The notes below the pieces were generated by a model, which did not search any database, was not told where the DNA came from, and was given only the letters and a program-made list of their open reading frames with translations. Of a stretch of 64,000 bases of DNA, positions 35,973 to 49,037 are shown piece after piece. Source of the DNA: Laetmonice hystrix. Lineage: Eukaryota. The DNA is taken from contig OZ249438.1 in the NCBI GenBank assembly GCA_965235115.1, forward strand, positions 20,026,001 through 20,090,000, given 5' to 3'. Position numbers and translations under genes: made by a program. Position 1 is the first letter of the stretch; each line of letters opens with the position of its first letter.

Positions 35973-36375
35973 CCCATATTTCTATACTATCCGTTAGGTT
36001 AACTGAATGATTACAATATTTACTAATAATGTAATTTGTTAGTATTCAAATCGATGGAATGCTGCATGAGGTGGAGGAGACTTGTTCCGTAGATTCTGTT
36101 GTAGTTTACCCGTACGCCAAACTGGTTGAACTTTGAGAGGACGGTGACACTAGAACTAAATAAAACACTTTTCAAGATGCCCACCTTAACTGTCAGCTGG
36201 CCCTCCTAATGACTGGCAAAATGGAATCTACAATCTGACTGTGTGGTCCACACTTCCATTTCGTACGTGGCTAACAAAAAAAAAGTGTTTAGAGAGTATT
36301 ACTGTACCTGTAAGGGACTGTGAGGGTCTGCCTTTTAACATAGACCTATGTAATGATGCTATTTTGAAATCATCA

Positions 36376-36962
36376 ATTGTCTTAATGTGCGGTGGCAAGG
36401 ATGAAGGGAAGGAATCTTGGATTGTCTTAATGTGCGGTGGCAAGGATGAATGGAAGGAATCCCGGATTGTCTGAATGTGCGGTGGCAAGGATCAAGCGGC
36501 GGAATCCCGGATTGTCTTAATGTGCGGTGACAAGGATGAAGGAAAGGAATCCCGGATTGTCTGAATGTGCGGTGGCAAGGATCAAGGGGCGGAATCCCGG
36601 ATTGTCTTAATGTGCGGTGGCAAGGATGAAGGGGAGGAATCCCGGATTGTCTGAATGTGCGGTGGCAAGGATGAAGGGAAGGAATCCCGGATTATCTTAA
36701 TGTGCGGTGGCAAGGATGAAGGGAAGGAATCCCGGATTGTCTGAATGTGCGGTGGCAAGGATGAAGGGAAGGAATCCCGGATTGTCTTAATGTGCGGTGG
36801 CAAGGATGAAGGAAAGGAATCCCAGATTGTCTTAATGTGCGGTGGCAAGGATAAGGGAAGGAATCCCGGATTGTCTTAATGTGCGGTGGCAAGGATGAAG
36901 GGAAGGAATCCCGGATTATCTTAATGTGCGGTGGCAAGGATGAAGGGAAGGAATCCCGGATT
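36376..36962. repeat. 45-bp minisatellite, about 13 copies
   Basis: Unit ATTGTCTTAATGTGCGGTGGCAAGGATGAAGGGAAGGAATCCCGG. Confidence 0.96.
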
Positions 36963-37501
36963 CCGGATTGAACCCGTGAGACACGAGGCAGGTGGTATCG
37001 GCGGCAAGCAAACTAAACCAAACTGAACAAACCAGTGACTAGATTCCCGCTCGGTATAATCACAAAGATCATCAAGACTTCAGACAGCTGTGCCTCGCTT
37101 TCATCTGAAATAATGCATGGTTGGTTTAATTGGCTCCAATTAGGAGGTTTTTTTACTTCACAGATAGATATGACTGAAGCCCTATAATTGCCTGTAATAT
37201 GACCTAATAGCGGTGGGATTGCCAAGGACTCGGTAGACACACAGGTAGGCACAATTTTAAGGTTTTTTTCGGGGGAGAGGGGCATGTGCAAGGCTTGCTC
37301 GCTTCAAACAAACCATATAGGGCCTACATGTTTCGGCATCGATTTCCTACACAACCTGTAGATGATGCTTTGATCCATAAATCTTGTGTCAGCCCCCTGC
37401 CCACATTTTTAGTCGATGGAAAGCTGGATAAATGTGTTTAATAATTCTACATGCCATTCCGCAGAATGCACTGCCAACCGACTTCTGATGGTCCCTCCTC
37501 T

Positions 37502-37906
37502 ACAACTGGGTGGCAAACATCTTCTGACGACAGCGTTGGTGTTTCAGTGCGGGACGTGTACTACAGTTTGCCAGTTAATTCCTGAGTACACACAGAGTGG
37601 AGACAACTGGGTGGCAAACATCTTCTGACGACAGCGTTGGTGTTTCAGTGCGGGACGTGTACTGCAGTTTGCCAGTTAATTCACATAGAGTACACACAGA
37701 GCGGGGACAACTGGGTGGCAAACATCTTCTGACGACAGCGTTGGTGTTTCAGTGCGGGACGTGTACTGCAGTTTGCCAGTTAATTCTTGAGTACACACAG
37801 AGCCGAGACATGGTGGCAAACATCTTCTGACGACAACGTTGGTGTTTCAGTGCGGGACGTGTACTGCAGTTTGCCAGTTAATTCACATAGAGTACACACA
37901 GGGCGG
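37502..37906. repeat. About 102-bp tandem repeat, 4 copies in A-B-A-B pattern
   Basis: Core GGTGGCAAACATCTTCTGACGACAGCGTTGGTGTTTCAGTGCGGGACGTGTACT.CAGTTTGCCAGTTAATTC. Tails alternate between (C/T)TGAG and ACATAGAG. Confidence 0.92.
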
Positions 37907-40328
37907 AGAAGGTATCCGCATGATCCTGAGGTCGTCGTCAGAGAACGGTGCATGCTGGGATTGCCCCTAGAACATGGCCCCGTCTTGGCCCTGGGAGGAA
38001 CAGTCACAAGGCCAACCACCCTTTGCCCACTTTGGCATGGAATATTGTTGGGGCATATTGTGTCATTCATTTTCTCCACACTTACGTGAGGTCGGTGTCG
38101 TAGAACATATTGATGGTCAGTGAACGGTCCACCAGGAAGAAATCATTCTTAACAATTGCTGCCGTGAAAACGTGTATACTATCCAAAGCATCGATATCAA
38201 ATGACTTTATATGAAAGCAGATGTTTGGCATAATTAGAGTTTAAACAGCTGTTGGTTGCGACAAGGTTTGGCATATTGCACATAATATTATGGATGTTAA
38301 GATCTCTTCTTTCCAGAATTACATTTTTTGGGATGAAGTGACAGAAAGAGCAAAGGAAAACTACAAATCGAGCGCTGATTAAAGCGATGAAAAAGCGTGT
38401 CTGGGTGCACTCCAACTTCTAGACAGGAGCTTGTTGTAACTTGGCAAGAATTACTCATTCACGAGAATTAACTTTGACACAAGATGTGTCAAAAAGTTGG
38501 TTCGATGAGCAGTGCATGGAAAATACTTGATGTTATGATTTGTGTGTCCCCGAACAAGGGTGGGTCTGTATGTGGTTATCTGTGTGTCTGTAGGGCGTCA
38601 TGCCTTATACATTCTTATGGTATAATTGTCACCAGTATATACACGTCTCTTCGGGAATATCTCCAGTCAAGGTACACACGAATCCTACATTACAAGATCA
38701 TGACAGAAACACAGCCACCTGCCCGGTGCAGCAGACCGTGATCTAACGATGCGGCTCTCTCCTGGCGGTCAACTTATCCAATTTGACACACATCCTCATG
38801 CACGTGCATGTATATCTGATTTGTATACGTGACTATGTAATATATTCCTGTGGACACACAGGGCACAATTAGCAGTCACTGGTAGATTTCAGGACAAGCT
38901 TTGAGAGTAGGGGAGTACTAGAAATATTGTGTGACTTTATAAAAGAGGGTGAATGGTTTACCGTTATGATCCACATCCGAGGAGGACTGGGTAATTGTGA
39001 ACGGCACCCTATATAATGTATGAATATTAGTCACCTTAACATATAAACATGTCATGCCAACGGTAACATATATCATACATTGCACATACAAATATTACGC
39101 GCGCTTGCGCAAGCCCAACTAAAGCCCACCAGACCGACACACAAACTGCCTACGTGAGAGGGTCACACACGTGGTCGGGGTGAGGTGGGGGGGGGGGGGT
39201 GCCGGGGAAACGTCTGGTTTGTCTCGCTCTCATTGACCACCCACAGTCCGCCAACCCACCTGTCCCATCATTTACCTTGACAGAAGATTCCAGGTGGACT
39301 CACCCCAGGTAAAACATCTGAAGATCATTAGCGGCTTGGCCCTCTGCGATGGCTCAGTTATAAACGCCGACTAACAAGATAAGAGGTCGTTTGGTGGCGG
39401 CTTCAATCTGAGAGCTACAATTTAGGATGCATACTGAATGAAGGTCATGAGAAAATTATATACCGTTCGATAGTAAGTGGCCTGGAGATTCTGCACGTGT
39501 CTGCCGTGCAGTCAGTGATAATGGCCATTGTTTTAGGTGATGTTCTTGTACCAGAACATCATATCGATTCGTGGCCTCCGTAAACCTTGGAGATTGAAGA
39601 TCGAAACTTTTTGAAGGTGTAGGGGTGTGTGTGTACAAGGGTGTTAGGGACAGAGCTAGCTTTCAGGAAAGGGGGGGGGGGTTGGGTTGATGTTTGAGTG
39701 AACTGAAAAGGGTCCGTTTTTTTTGCTCCATTTTCACCATCATAGCATAATAGTCAGCAGCTGAAGGGGGTTGCAACCCCCCCCCTTCCCACCTCTAGAT
39801 CCGCCACTGGGTGTGTGGTTAAGCTACAAATATTACATCAAGCTTCACCGTCAATCTGAGCCCTGAAGCAGATGAAAGATTCCGTTGTTAAGACCAAGTG
39901 CTGCTGTGAAAACGATTGGCCTTGTTGTTTGCGAGGGCATTGTTTGAACTGTTGCAGTCGTGTGTATCTGTTGGGGATCATTTCATAAGTACGTTGTGAG
40001 GCTCATAAAGTGGATGTCTTAATTATAGCATTGGTCCGGTAGGGGGGGGGGGGGGCTGAATGGTCACAAGTGGTTGAAAAGTGAAGGCCACAACGGCCAG
40101 TGCAATATTGCCACTGTATAGATTACCGCGAAATCTTCATAACCTTTTAGTACTTCGCTTAGATATTCGTAGGTTATGAATGGTTGAATCTGTTTCATTA
40201 AAAACCTAGGGTTGTCAGCATCAGGTAATCGCCACAGGGGGGCCATCATTTCTAAAGATAAGTTGTTTTATATAATAACAAGGCCGTTTATTTCTCCTTC
40301 CCGTGCTGTGATTGCCCTGCCCATGGGT

Positions 40329-41408
40329 CCGCGGTGGTTCAGTCTGACTGGGCGTGGGGCCGCGGTGGTTCAGTCTGACCGGGCGTGGGGCCGCGGTGGT
40401 TCAGTCTGACTGGGCGTGTGGCCGCGGTGGTTCAGTCTGACTGGGCGTGGGGCCGCGGTGGTTCAGTCTGACTGGGCGTGGGGCCGCGGTGGTTCTGTCT
40501 GACTAGGTGTGGGGCCGCGGTGGTTCAGTCTGACTGGGCGTGGGGCCGCGGTGGTTCAGTCTGTCTGGGTGTGGGGCCGCGGTGGTTCAGTCTGACTGGG
40601 CGTGGGGCCGCGGTGGTTCAGTCTGACTGGGCGTGGGGCCGCGGTGGTTCAGTCTGACCGTGCGTGGGGCCGCGGTGGTTCAGTCTGACTGGGCGTGGGG
40701 CCGCGGTGGTTCAGTCTGACTGGGCGTGGGGCCGCGGTGGTTCAGTCTGACTGGGCTTGGGGCCGCGGTGGTTCAGTCTGACTGGGCTTGGGGCCGCGGT
40801 GGTTCAGTCTGACTGGGCGTGTGGCCGCGGTGGTTCAGTCTGACTGGGCGTGGGGCCGCGGTGGTTCAGTCTGACCGGGCGTGGGGCCGCGGTGGTTCAG
40901 TCTGACTGGGCGTGGGGCCGCGGTGGTTCAGTCTGACTGGGTGTGGGGCCGCGGTGGTTCAGTCTGACTGGGCGTGTGGCCGCGGTGGTTCAGTCTGACT
41001 GGGCGTGGGGCCGCGGTGGTTCAGTCTGACTGGGCGTGTGGCCGCGGTGGTTCAGTGTGACTGGGCGTGGGGCCGCGGTGGTTCAGTCTGACTGGGTGTG
41101 GGGCCGCGGTGGTTCAGTCTGACCGGGCGTGGGGCCGCGGTGGTTCAGTCTGACTGGGTGTGGGGCCGCGGTGGTTCAGTCTGACTGGGCGTGGGGCCGC
41201 GGTGGTTCAGTCTGACCGGGCGTGGGGCCGCGGTGGTTCAGTCTGACTGGGCGTGTGGCCGCGGTGGTTCAGTCTGACTGGGTGTGGGGCCGCGGTGGTT
41301 CAGTCTGACTGGGGGTGGGGCCGCGGTGGTTCAGTCTGACTGGGCGTGTGGCCGCGGTGGTTCAGTCTGACTGGGTGTGGGGCCGCGGTGGTTCAGTCTG
41401 ACTGGGCG
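40329..41408. repeat. 31-bp GC-rich minisatellite, about 35 copies
   Basis: Unit CCGCGGTGGTTCAGTCTGACTGGGCGTGGGG. Confidence 0.98.
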
Positions 41409-42543
41409 CTCCTTATGTTCCTGCGGGTTCAAAGCCGTGAGCCTTTATTCCTGGATCCCGAGACAGAGTAACTGGTGATGCTGACATATAGGACTTAGGC
41501 TCCAGTGTAGGGTTCTGATGCCAGGTGAGATGGCTCAGCAGCATCAGCAGCCGTGTACCCCCCTGCGCTCCTTAATCCACGCCAATGTCGAGGGGACGCC
41601 GCAGGTTTGGCCAGCTAATTGTGCAGCTGTCGTGGGCTGCCGTTGGGTCGGCCTGGTGCAGTATAAATGTTTGTGTGTGGCCCTGTCAGGGTGAACATTG
41701 AAGGCCGATGAAGACCTCTCTGCCACGGGACTCCGCCCTATGGCTGGTTATATAAGCAGTCACTGGGGCCTACTTGACATGGCCTCTGATCCATCAGCCT
41801 ACGATGGCTCTATATACACCGCGACCATCACTTAAGGGATCACGCTTTCCCGCATTTATATTTCTCCTGAAAGTCACAGGAAAGCACTTAACCCCCTTCC
41901 CTCTATATTCAAAGTTCCCAGTCTGTTTCAGTGAGTGTTTTGCATCATAAAACATCTATAGCCAAGAAATTATTACACCGCATTGCGCGTGGCGTGATGT
42001 CTGTCATATATTGTAAACTTTGGGATTGACAGATATCCTTTCAATCAAGGTTTTACGACAGTGCTTGCAATGCATCAGTGTCAGCAGCATGAATTACGTG
42101 CCATTTCACCGTAAAGGACACCCTTTATGTTTAGTGCATGAGGATGTTTGGGTCGCCTGGCTAACTTTCTTGTTGGACGAGCCTGATAATGATAATGCCT
42201 TTATAATGAGTTAGGAATGGAAGTTGAACCATCCTAGGCCGATTAAATGATGTCCTCTTTATAAAGTTTATTTTTCATTTTCCTCATAATATCTGATTTA
42301 ATTTAAGGAGTCCGGGAAGAGGGTGTGCATGATTAAAAGAGAAGTTTGAGCAAAAAATGTTATTTTCGGAACTTACTTCATTTCTGTTTGAAGCAGACAC
42401 GTATAGACCTGTGTATAGTTCACTGTTATGTGCCTCTATATACATACCTCCATGTAGAGGTCTACATGTATACATTTGTATTTATGCTCGGAATCATTAC
42501 GATTAGGGCCCGGCCGGTTTAACAGATATCCAAATCCCCCAGG

Positions 42544-42740
42544 AATACAGGTCCGATGGACCTGCAATCTCCGAAATAAACGTCGGACGGACCTGCATTC
42601 CTAGGGTTTGAAATCCATGATGTATTTTATCAATAACGTAATAATCCTGACATTAATCCTAACTTTAACCCTAATCCATGTCTATTTTCTAAATTTCTAT
42701 TGTCTTATACCATGAAGTGGACGACCTAGGACCTGCATAC
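42544..42740. mobile_element. Possible degenerate MITE (CAGGTCC...GGACCTG ends, internal TAACCC-like run)
   Basis: AATACAGGTCC on the left, GGACCTGCA at 42558, 42589 and 42729, and aatcct/aaccct repeats in between. Weak TIR match. Confidence 0.3.
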
Positions 42741-43400
42741 CTGAATCCTGGTCCTGGTCCTTCAATTCCAGCGGACTTCCATTCCTTTCACACCTGCATG
42801 TGTTTTCTTGACCCCTCTCTCCGCCTGGACTTTAAGGGTGATTTTGTTCGTAAGACCTCGTCAAGCGAACGTCTGTGGTTGAAAAATGTATCAGACATTA
42901 ACAAGCCTTTACTACCAATGTTAGAGTGCTACCACATTACGGACAGCAAAATGTCCTCAGACAGCCAGGCAGCATTTGGAACGAGTTTGTCTGCCCACAG
43001 TTCGCCGCCGTCCAATAGACAACTGCACGCCACCTGTGACGTAAAGCGAGGGCAGACGGCAGCTAGGCCAGCTGCACGACGACGTGACGACAGCGTTTCT
43101 TTGACCTGCATCAAATTAGAGCAAGCCATCACCTGTGTGTTTGTAACTTTGACTGAGTGGTAATGAAGTACACGTGATGGGCGGGACGTCTGAGAGATCT
43201 TTTACTGATGGACCGACCAGCTGTGCCAAACTTCTCCAGTAACATGCGGCTCAACTATTTCCACAGTGTTTTCCTCCATCAGAAAATTTACTCCACAGAT
43301 TTCATTTTTCATGGCTGGGCAACGTATGTGCACATAGTACATCCTTTACCCGACAGCTAACAATCCATTATAGGCTTAATATATTGTCGGTAATCGCGTA

Positions 43401-44055
43401 CTACGGTGGCTGATTTAGGACACCGAAATTTCTCATTATCACGAGATCTTTTCTCGTTATCACGAGATCTTTTCTCGTTATCTCGAGATCTTTTCTCGTT
43501 ATCTCGAGATCTTTTCTCATTATCACGAGATCTTTTCTCATTATCATGAGATACTTTCCCGTTATCACAAGATAATTTCCTCCTAATTTTCTCGTTATCA
43601 CGAGATCCTTTCTCGTTACCACGAGATCTTTTTCATTAATTGGACAGGTTGGGAAATTTGAAGTGGTTTTCAAGTTTTAGTTGGACAGTTAAAATTTATC
43701 TCTTATTTTTAATACATTATTATTGATTATAAACATACTGAAACAATTTTTGAGACAATACTGAGACAACTATGGAGTGTTCACTTCAGGACTTGGGGAA
43801 TCATCGATATACCTGTCGCAAAGGGGGGAAACCACATCAAAAAGGTTAGGGACCACTGACTTAGACCATAGACATACTGTAGTCTCAACGAAAACCATAA
43901 CTAAGAAATGGACAGTGGCTAACAAAAAATTATTCAGTTAGGGCCTAGGCCTATGTATAGCTGCCCCGTATATTATAAAAGATCTCGTGATAACGAGAAA
44001 AGATCTCGAGATAACGAGAAAAGATCTCGTTATAACGAGAAAAAAATTACCGTAG
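43401..44055. mobile_element. Non-autonomous DNA transposon with CTACGGT...ACCGTAG termini and inverted arrays of 21-bp subterminal repeats (IS3EU-like architecture)
   Basis: About 10 copies of TTCTCGTTATCACGAGATCTT on the left and 3 inverted copies on the right. Flanks gcgTA|...|TAcgc, so the reconstructed empty site is the palindrome GCGTACGC. The TSD reads either as TA, or as GTAC if the termini are TACGG..CCGTA. Confidence 0.8.
43839..43858 (-). mobile_element. Isolated hAT-like terminus inside the 43.4-44.1 kb element
   Basis: AAAAAGGTTAGGGACCACTG, whose rc CAGTGGTCCCTAACCTTTTT is the style of hAT/Charlie-type MITE ends. No partner end found. Confidence 0.35.
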
Positions 44056-46828
44056 TACGCCAAGACTATAATTATGGTGATAACTCGGGACCCACAGTGA
44101 TTTTTATGCCCGATCGAATTGGGACAACAGCAGTGTTGGGAGTTTACTTCAAGGATGATGCTAAACCCAATTTGGTATTTGAATCATTGTCTTTCATAGA
44201 ATCTGCAAACATTTGTCGGGATTCTAAACTTGAGCAGGCTGTAGATCCACGTGAATGTCGATATTTTCGTGTGGTAGGCGAATGAAGGAGGAAACTCCCG
44301 ATAGGAGGCGCTACTCCCCGCTCACCACTTCCCCAGCTAGAGCTCCTCTCAAGGCTCAGGCTTGCCCTGCACCAGATGGTCATACAACGAACGGCTTAAA
44401 TATCTGACTGGGGAAATATTGACACCAAGTCTGTCAGTCTGGTGGCTGTTGTGTGCAGAGGTTACACTAACATTTGTGGTAGGCATTAGGGCAGGGCAAA
44501 GCCAGGGGTACAGACTTCGACAACTCTACTCACCATTCATCAGAGACCATGTCAACAGTGCTACACGTAAGGGGCAGGCGGGGCCGAGCGTGTCAATGGG
44601 CCCGTACTTAGGGACCACCCCGTCCCACTGTCCTCACACTTAGGGGCTGAGGCACTGTACTCGTAGTCACTAAGTCCACCTAACTCCCCCACTGATCCTC
44701 TCATTACATAGGCTTCCCATCCAAAACACAACCCCAGCCACTATAGGCTTCGTCAGACTCTATAGTCCCAATAGCTGTAGCTGAACTGTTCTAAAAACTA
44801 TTTCTTCCAACAATATTGTATTGGATTCGTTGGTTTATACTCTCGTTAAAGTTCGGAGTTGGGGTTTATTTGAATGGCGAATACTTGCACATTGTTTGTG
44901 GTTGGCAGCTGAACATGTTTGAGGGTGATACTGTTTCCGTGGATGATGGACAGCTGTCAATTTATTACCTGTGAATGGAAAGATAATCTCTACCTGGTGG
45001 CCTACGTCACTCTTACTCACTTGAAATTATGGCCAATGGATTTTTAAGGATACAGAGTTTGGCTTCAAGAAAATGGAGCGTCATGCAGCGTACACAGGCC
45101 GGACGGTCGGGCGGAGAAACGTGATCTTCGGCACAGAATCAATAGAAAAACTAATGCCGGTTTAATTGATTTAAGTGGCAAACTTTGCGCTGACATGTCA
45201 CATCTGTGCAAACGCCGGCAGCGGTGAAGTAATGCCAACACAGAGATCGTCGTCAATAACCAGAGACGCGCAAACAGTTTTCAGGCCAAGCCGTGCTTTA
45301 TTTGCGTTGCCCTGTCGATAGTTCTCCCTGAATATTAATAAAATTGAGGTTTAAGATGATACATTATTACGTTTTTATCAAACCTAGTTAGCCTATAGCT
45401 GGATGGAAGAAGATCTCCGTGTCTAAATTATACTTGGGTTTCACATGCCATGTTTCGATTACCCCTGAAAGTCGTGTGCATGGGTTGTAACCGACGGAAA
45501 CGTGGAATATCCTCTATCTGTGACGCGATGCAGATGAATGTAGAAGTAGCCACACTGCTCAGACTGTGCTATTCATGGAATAGATCTAGAGCAGGGGAAT
45601 CATGGAATATCGTCATGTACATCGGAAGCTTACCCTCGCACGGAGGTACCTTGTGTGTCATCAGCCAAGTTTCCTGCCAACGATCATACCTTCAGGACAT
45701 GTCTCAGTATCAGTCACACTCACATTTTTCCCACCTTTACGTTCAGCTTTTTCAAAGATGATTTCTTCATGTCCCTCGAGATATAATGAAATATAACATA
45801 AACACTCACAGATTAGAAACAGTTAGGATAAACAGGACGTTAAAGAAAGCCAGGGACTGCCATTTGAAATATTAGCGTGTCGGCGGCAGATATGTGGGGC
45901 CGAGTTTTTCCTGCTATATGCCTACTTTAAACAACGACTGTATTGTTTATGAGAGCCCAGCCTGGAATGGATCTATATGCCAGACCGAAGTGACAACAGG
46001 GTGTCGGTTTCAGACTTGATGACAGGTCATAGAACAGTGCTGTCTTCACCTTCTCCAAGACCTGGGTGGTTAGTTCGCCAAGACAAGCCATGAGTATATG
46101 ACGCCCTTAATCTCAATTCTATGTTGATACAGCACGATCGATAACAAGTTCCCCAAATATATCCATTAAAAATAAGGAGGTAATTTAGGGACTACGGGAC
46201 ACGCCCGTCAGGAGTTTGGTAACAGGAGAGGCGAGACAAGTCTATATGGCGGGGACAGTCACTTCCTATAGTCTTAAAATCACTTCACAGTTGCATTGCA
46301 GTACAGCACCAATTCGTAGCTCTTCGGCCATCTCCGGTAGTTTCCGGAATTCGTGAAATGACACGGGCGCGATTGGTGCCATTCTAGCGGATGGATACCA
46401 CACAAAATTGTGTTGTACGAAGGCAGTTAGTAAACCATCCCATGCGACTGACCAAACATGCAATTATGTAGTTGGCATTGGACTCGTTAAATTAAAAACA
46501 ACGTTATCATCATTTGATATGCTTTCCAGATCCATATCTTAAGGACAAACTACGGGGTTGTATTAAATCGTTTTCAGATTACATTTTTATGTTTATGATG
46601 AGAAACTACCCCCTCCCCCACCCCACCCCTTCGCCTCTCAAAGAGTATAGTCAGGTTATGCTATACTCAGATTGTTTTGAATTTACAACTGTGCCCCTGA
46701 AAATATTCGCAGAGAGATCTATTTTTGTCCATTTGTTATCACCTACGGGACTGGTATATATGGGTCCTGCAGCAAGGATGCTTACATTTTGGAAAGATTG
46801 TGGCTAGAGGTGGGTAGGTGTGCATACA

Positions 46829-46909
46829 GGGCGGGGCAGGGGGTGCGGGCGGAAGGGTAGGGGGGCGCTGCCAGACTTTCACCTTTGAGGATTGGGATCG
46901 CCTATAAAA
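46829..46909 (+). promoter_or_regulatory. Candidate intronic core promoter (two GC boxes plus TATAAAA)
   Basis: GGGCGGGG at 46829-46836, GGGCGG at 46847-46852, TATAAAA at 46903-46909. Motif evidence only. Confidence 0.35.
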
Positions 46910-49037
46910 AGGGACCCTCCTGGCAGAGTTGACTTAACACTCGTGGTGCAGCAATATCCGGGACCTGTGTACAGGCGTGCAGATGAAAAATGGCCGTGAT
47001 GCCATATGGAAACGCTCATTGCTGCCTCGCGGCGCTGCTGCCTGTGGATGTCAGTGACAACTGAGTGCAGCCGGGCATCTGGCCTGCAGCTGGAACCGAG
47101 GCCATCTTGGATGCGGTCGTCTGACGGCTTGGGTCCCAGCTGCTTGTTATCATAGCTGAGGTGCATTCTGGGCCCAGTGTAAATGGACATCACTAGTATA
47201 AGTGGTGAAACAACTACGAGCTTGGTAGCGACTTTTTAAAGTGCATGATATTCTGTAGTGTTTTCAAGGGTAGGAACGCACAGGAATGCCTAATCAGTAG
47301 GAATGTACCCGAAGAGGAATGTAATACCTGATGGGCGTCTTAAAACATGAAGCATACCGTAGATCTTTCAGTCATCGTGAATAGTTGCAATTTTTGACGA
47401 TTTGAGAAATATTCTTGTTAAATCCAATTGTGTTTTGATGTCTCTTTGATGTAGAATATTTCCCCTTGTATTGAAGTCAAAATGGTCAATGCGGTTACTT
47501 AGGCCAGAACTAACTTTCAAACAAACGTCTTACTTCATCATAATATAAGTACCGAATTGGAAAATACACCCACAAACAATGCTAGTAAGGTTAGAAAACG
47601 AGACTCATGTTCTGTGTGTTAAAATTTCCCATCTCCACCTGGGTGGTTTCTGCGCAAGGTCATGTACCAAGTGCTCTCACGGCTTGATGTACTGCCTAGT
47701 TTGTATTTATCTAAGGTGCTCTCCAGTCTCCTCAGTCTGAGACTAAATCATACAATCTGCCAGCAGTACCACTGTCAATCCCATATGGTTATTATTTATC
47801 CAGATATGTATGTGCCTTTAAAGAACTTCTATATCCATTCAATATATTATTGTTAACTCTGACTACAACTAGCATATCGATCGGAGATGACCAGGTGTAG
47901 TCCTTTTTCAAAACTGATAAAAAGTACAGTTCGGAATTTGACATCTCAATGGATAGTTCCGCTCAAACCATAAATATTAAAGCAATCCAGGATTTCTCTC
48001 GCCTTATCTTAAGAGAATACTTGGGCTTGGCAGAAGTTAGCTTCAACTTAGTGGGTGATTTGGTTGAAGTTTGGTGAGGACATGGCCAGAGAATGATCTA
48101 TACGTCTACTTCCTGGTCAATTACTACAACACCAAAAGAGTTTGTTATCAAGTTTGCACTTGTGTATTAGGTTCTGCTGTAGATTTAAAACAGAGATGAT
48201 GGAACACATCTGTTTGCACCGATTTGGCTTTAGACGATACGTATCGGCCATATATATACATGTACCTGGTATATGTGCCGGTAAATCCGGTATGTACCAG
48301 CCTCCATTTTAAAGGAGAGGTTTAAATCAACGATAGACGCCCCACGTTTTGTGTTGTGTCTTATTTTATGCTCACGTACTTTACCTCTAGTTTTCCATGG
48401 AAGGGTCACTCATTGAAAGCCGCCGACATAATACCAACAAGAAAACGGTCCTGGGAGGCTAACCTCTAGCGTCAAAATCAGCACGGATTGTTGAAAAGGC
48501 CACACAAATGTTTACACATTGATCGACCGAGTCAGGCGGGTTTCATGGGGCGGGCAGGACATCGTGACATCAATCACCGATTAGAGAACAAAAATCCACG
48601 TGGAAGCTGGAGACAGAGAAAAAGGCGGAAAGCCCCGTAGGAAAAGAAATGTGGGGAAGGCCAGCCAGCTGTAGGGCGTTTAGGAAATGGTGGGAGTTTT
48701 TGGCCAAGTGTGAAACAGCTGAACAGAGCGGGAGAGTCATGTTTAGGACACGAGAAGCCATTAGCGCTGCCTAAAATGGGGCAGCTGGCTACCCTGAACA
48801 ACTGAGTACGAATGGTCTCCACCTTAACAACTTATTACACAAGTCATAATTGGCAAGAGGCACGCTTGTGTAGCTTTCTGGTTGTTTGTTGGTTTTTATT
48901 TGAGGGTGAGGAGGGTAGGGACGGGATAGGGCGTTTTCCCACAAATAAGTTTTTTTGAAGATCTGATAGATGGGTACGAATGTTGTGGGGAATCCTGTGG
49001 ATCTGAGGAATCTACGAACGTCATTGGAACCGCTTCG

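Noticed and set aside
38317-38382. Acceptor ctcttctttccag followed by NYIFWDEVTERAKENYKSSAD-stop
   Set aside because: Phase 0, incompatible with RTK exon D (phase 2); no partner exon identified.
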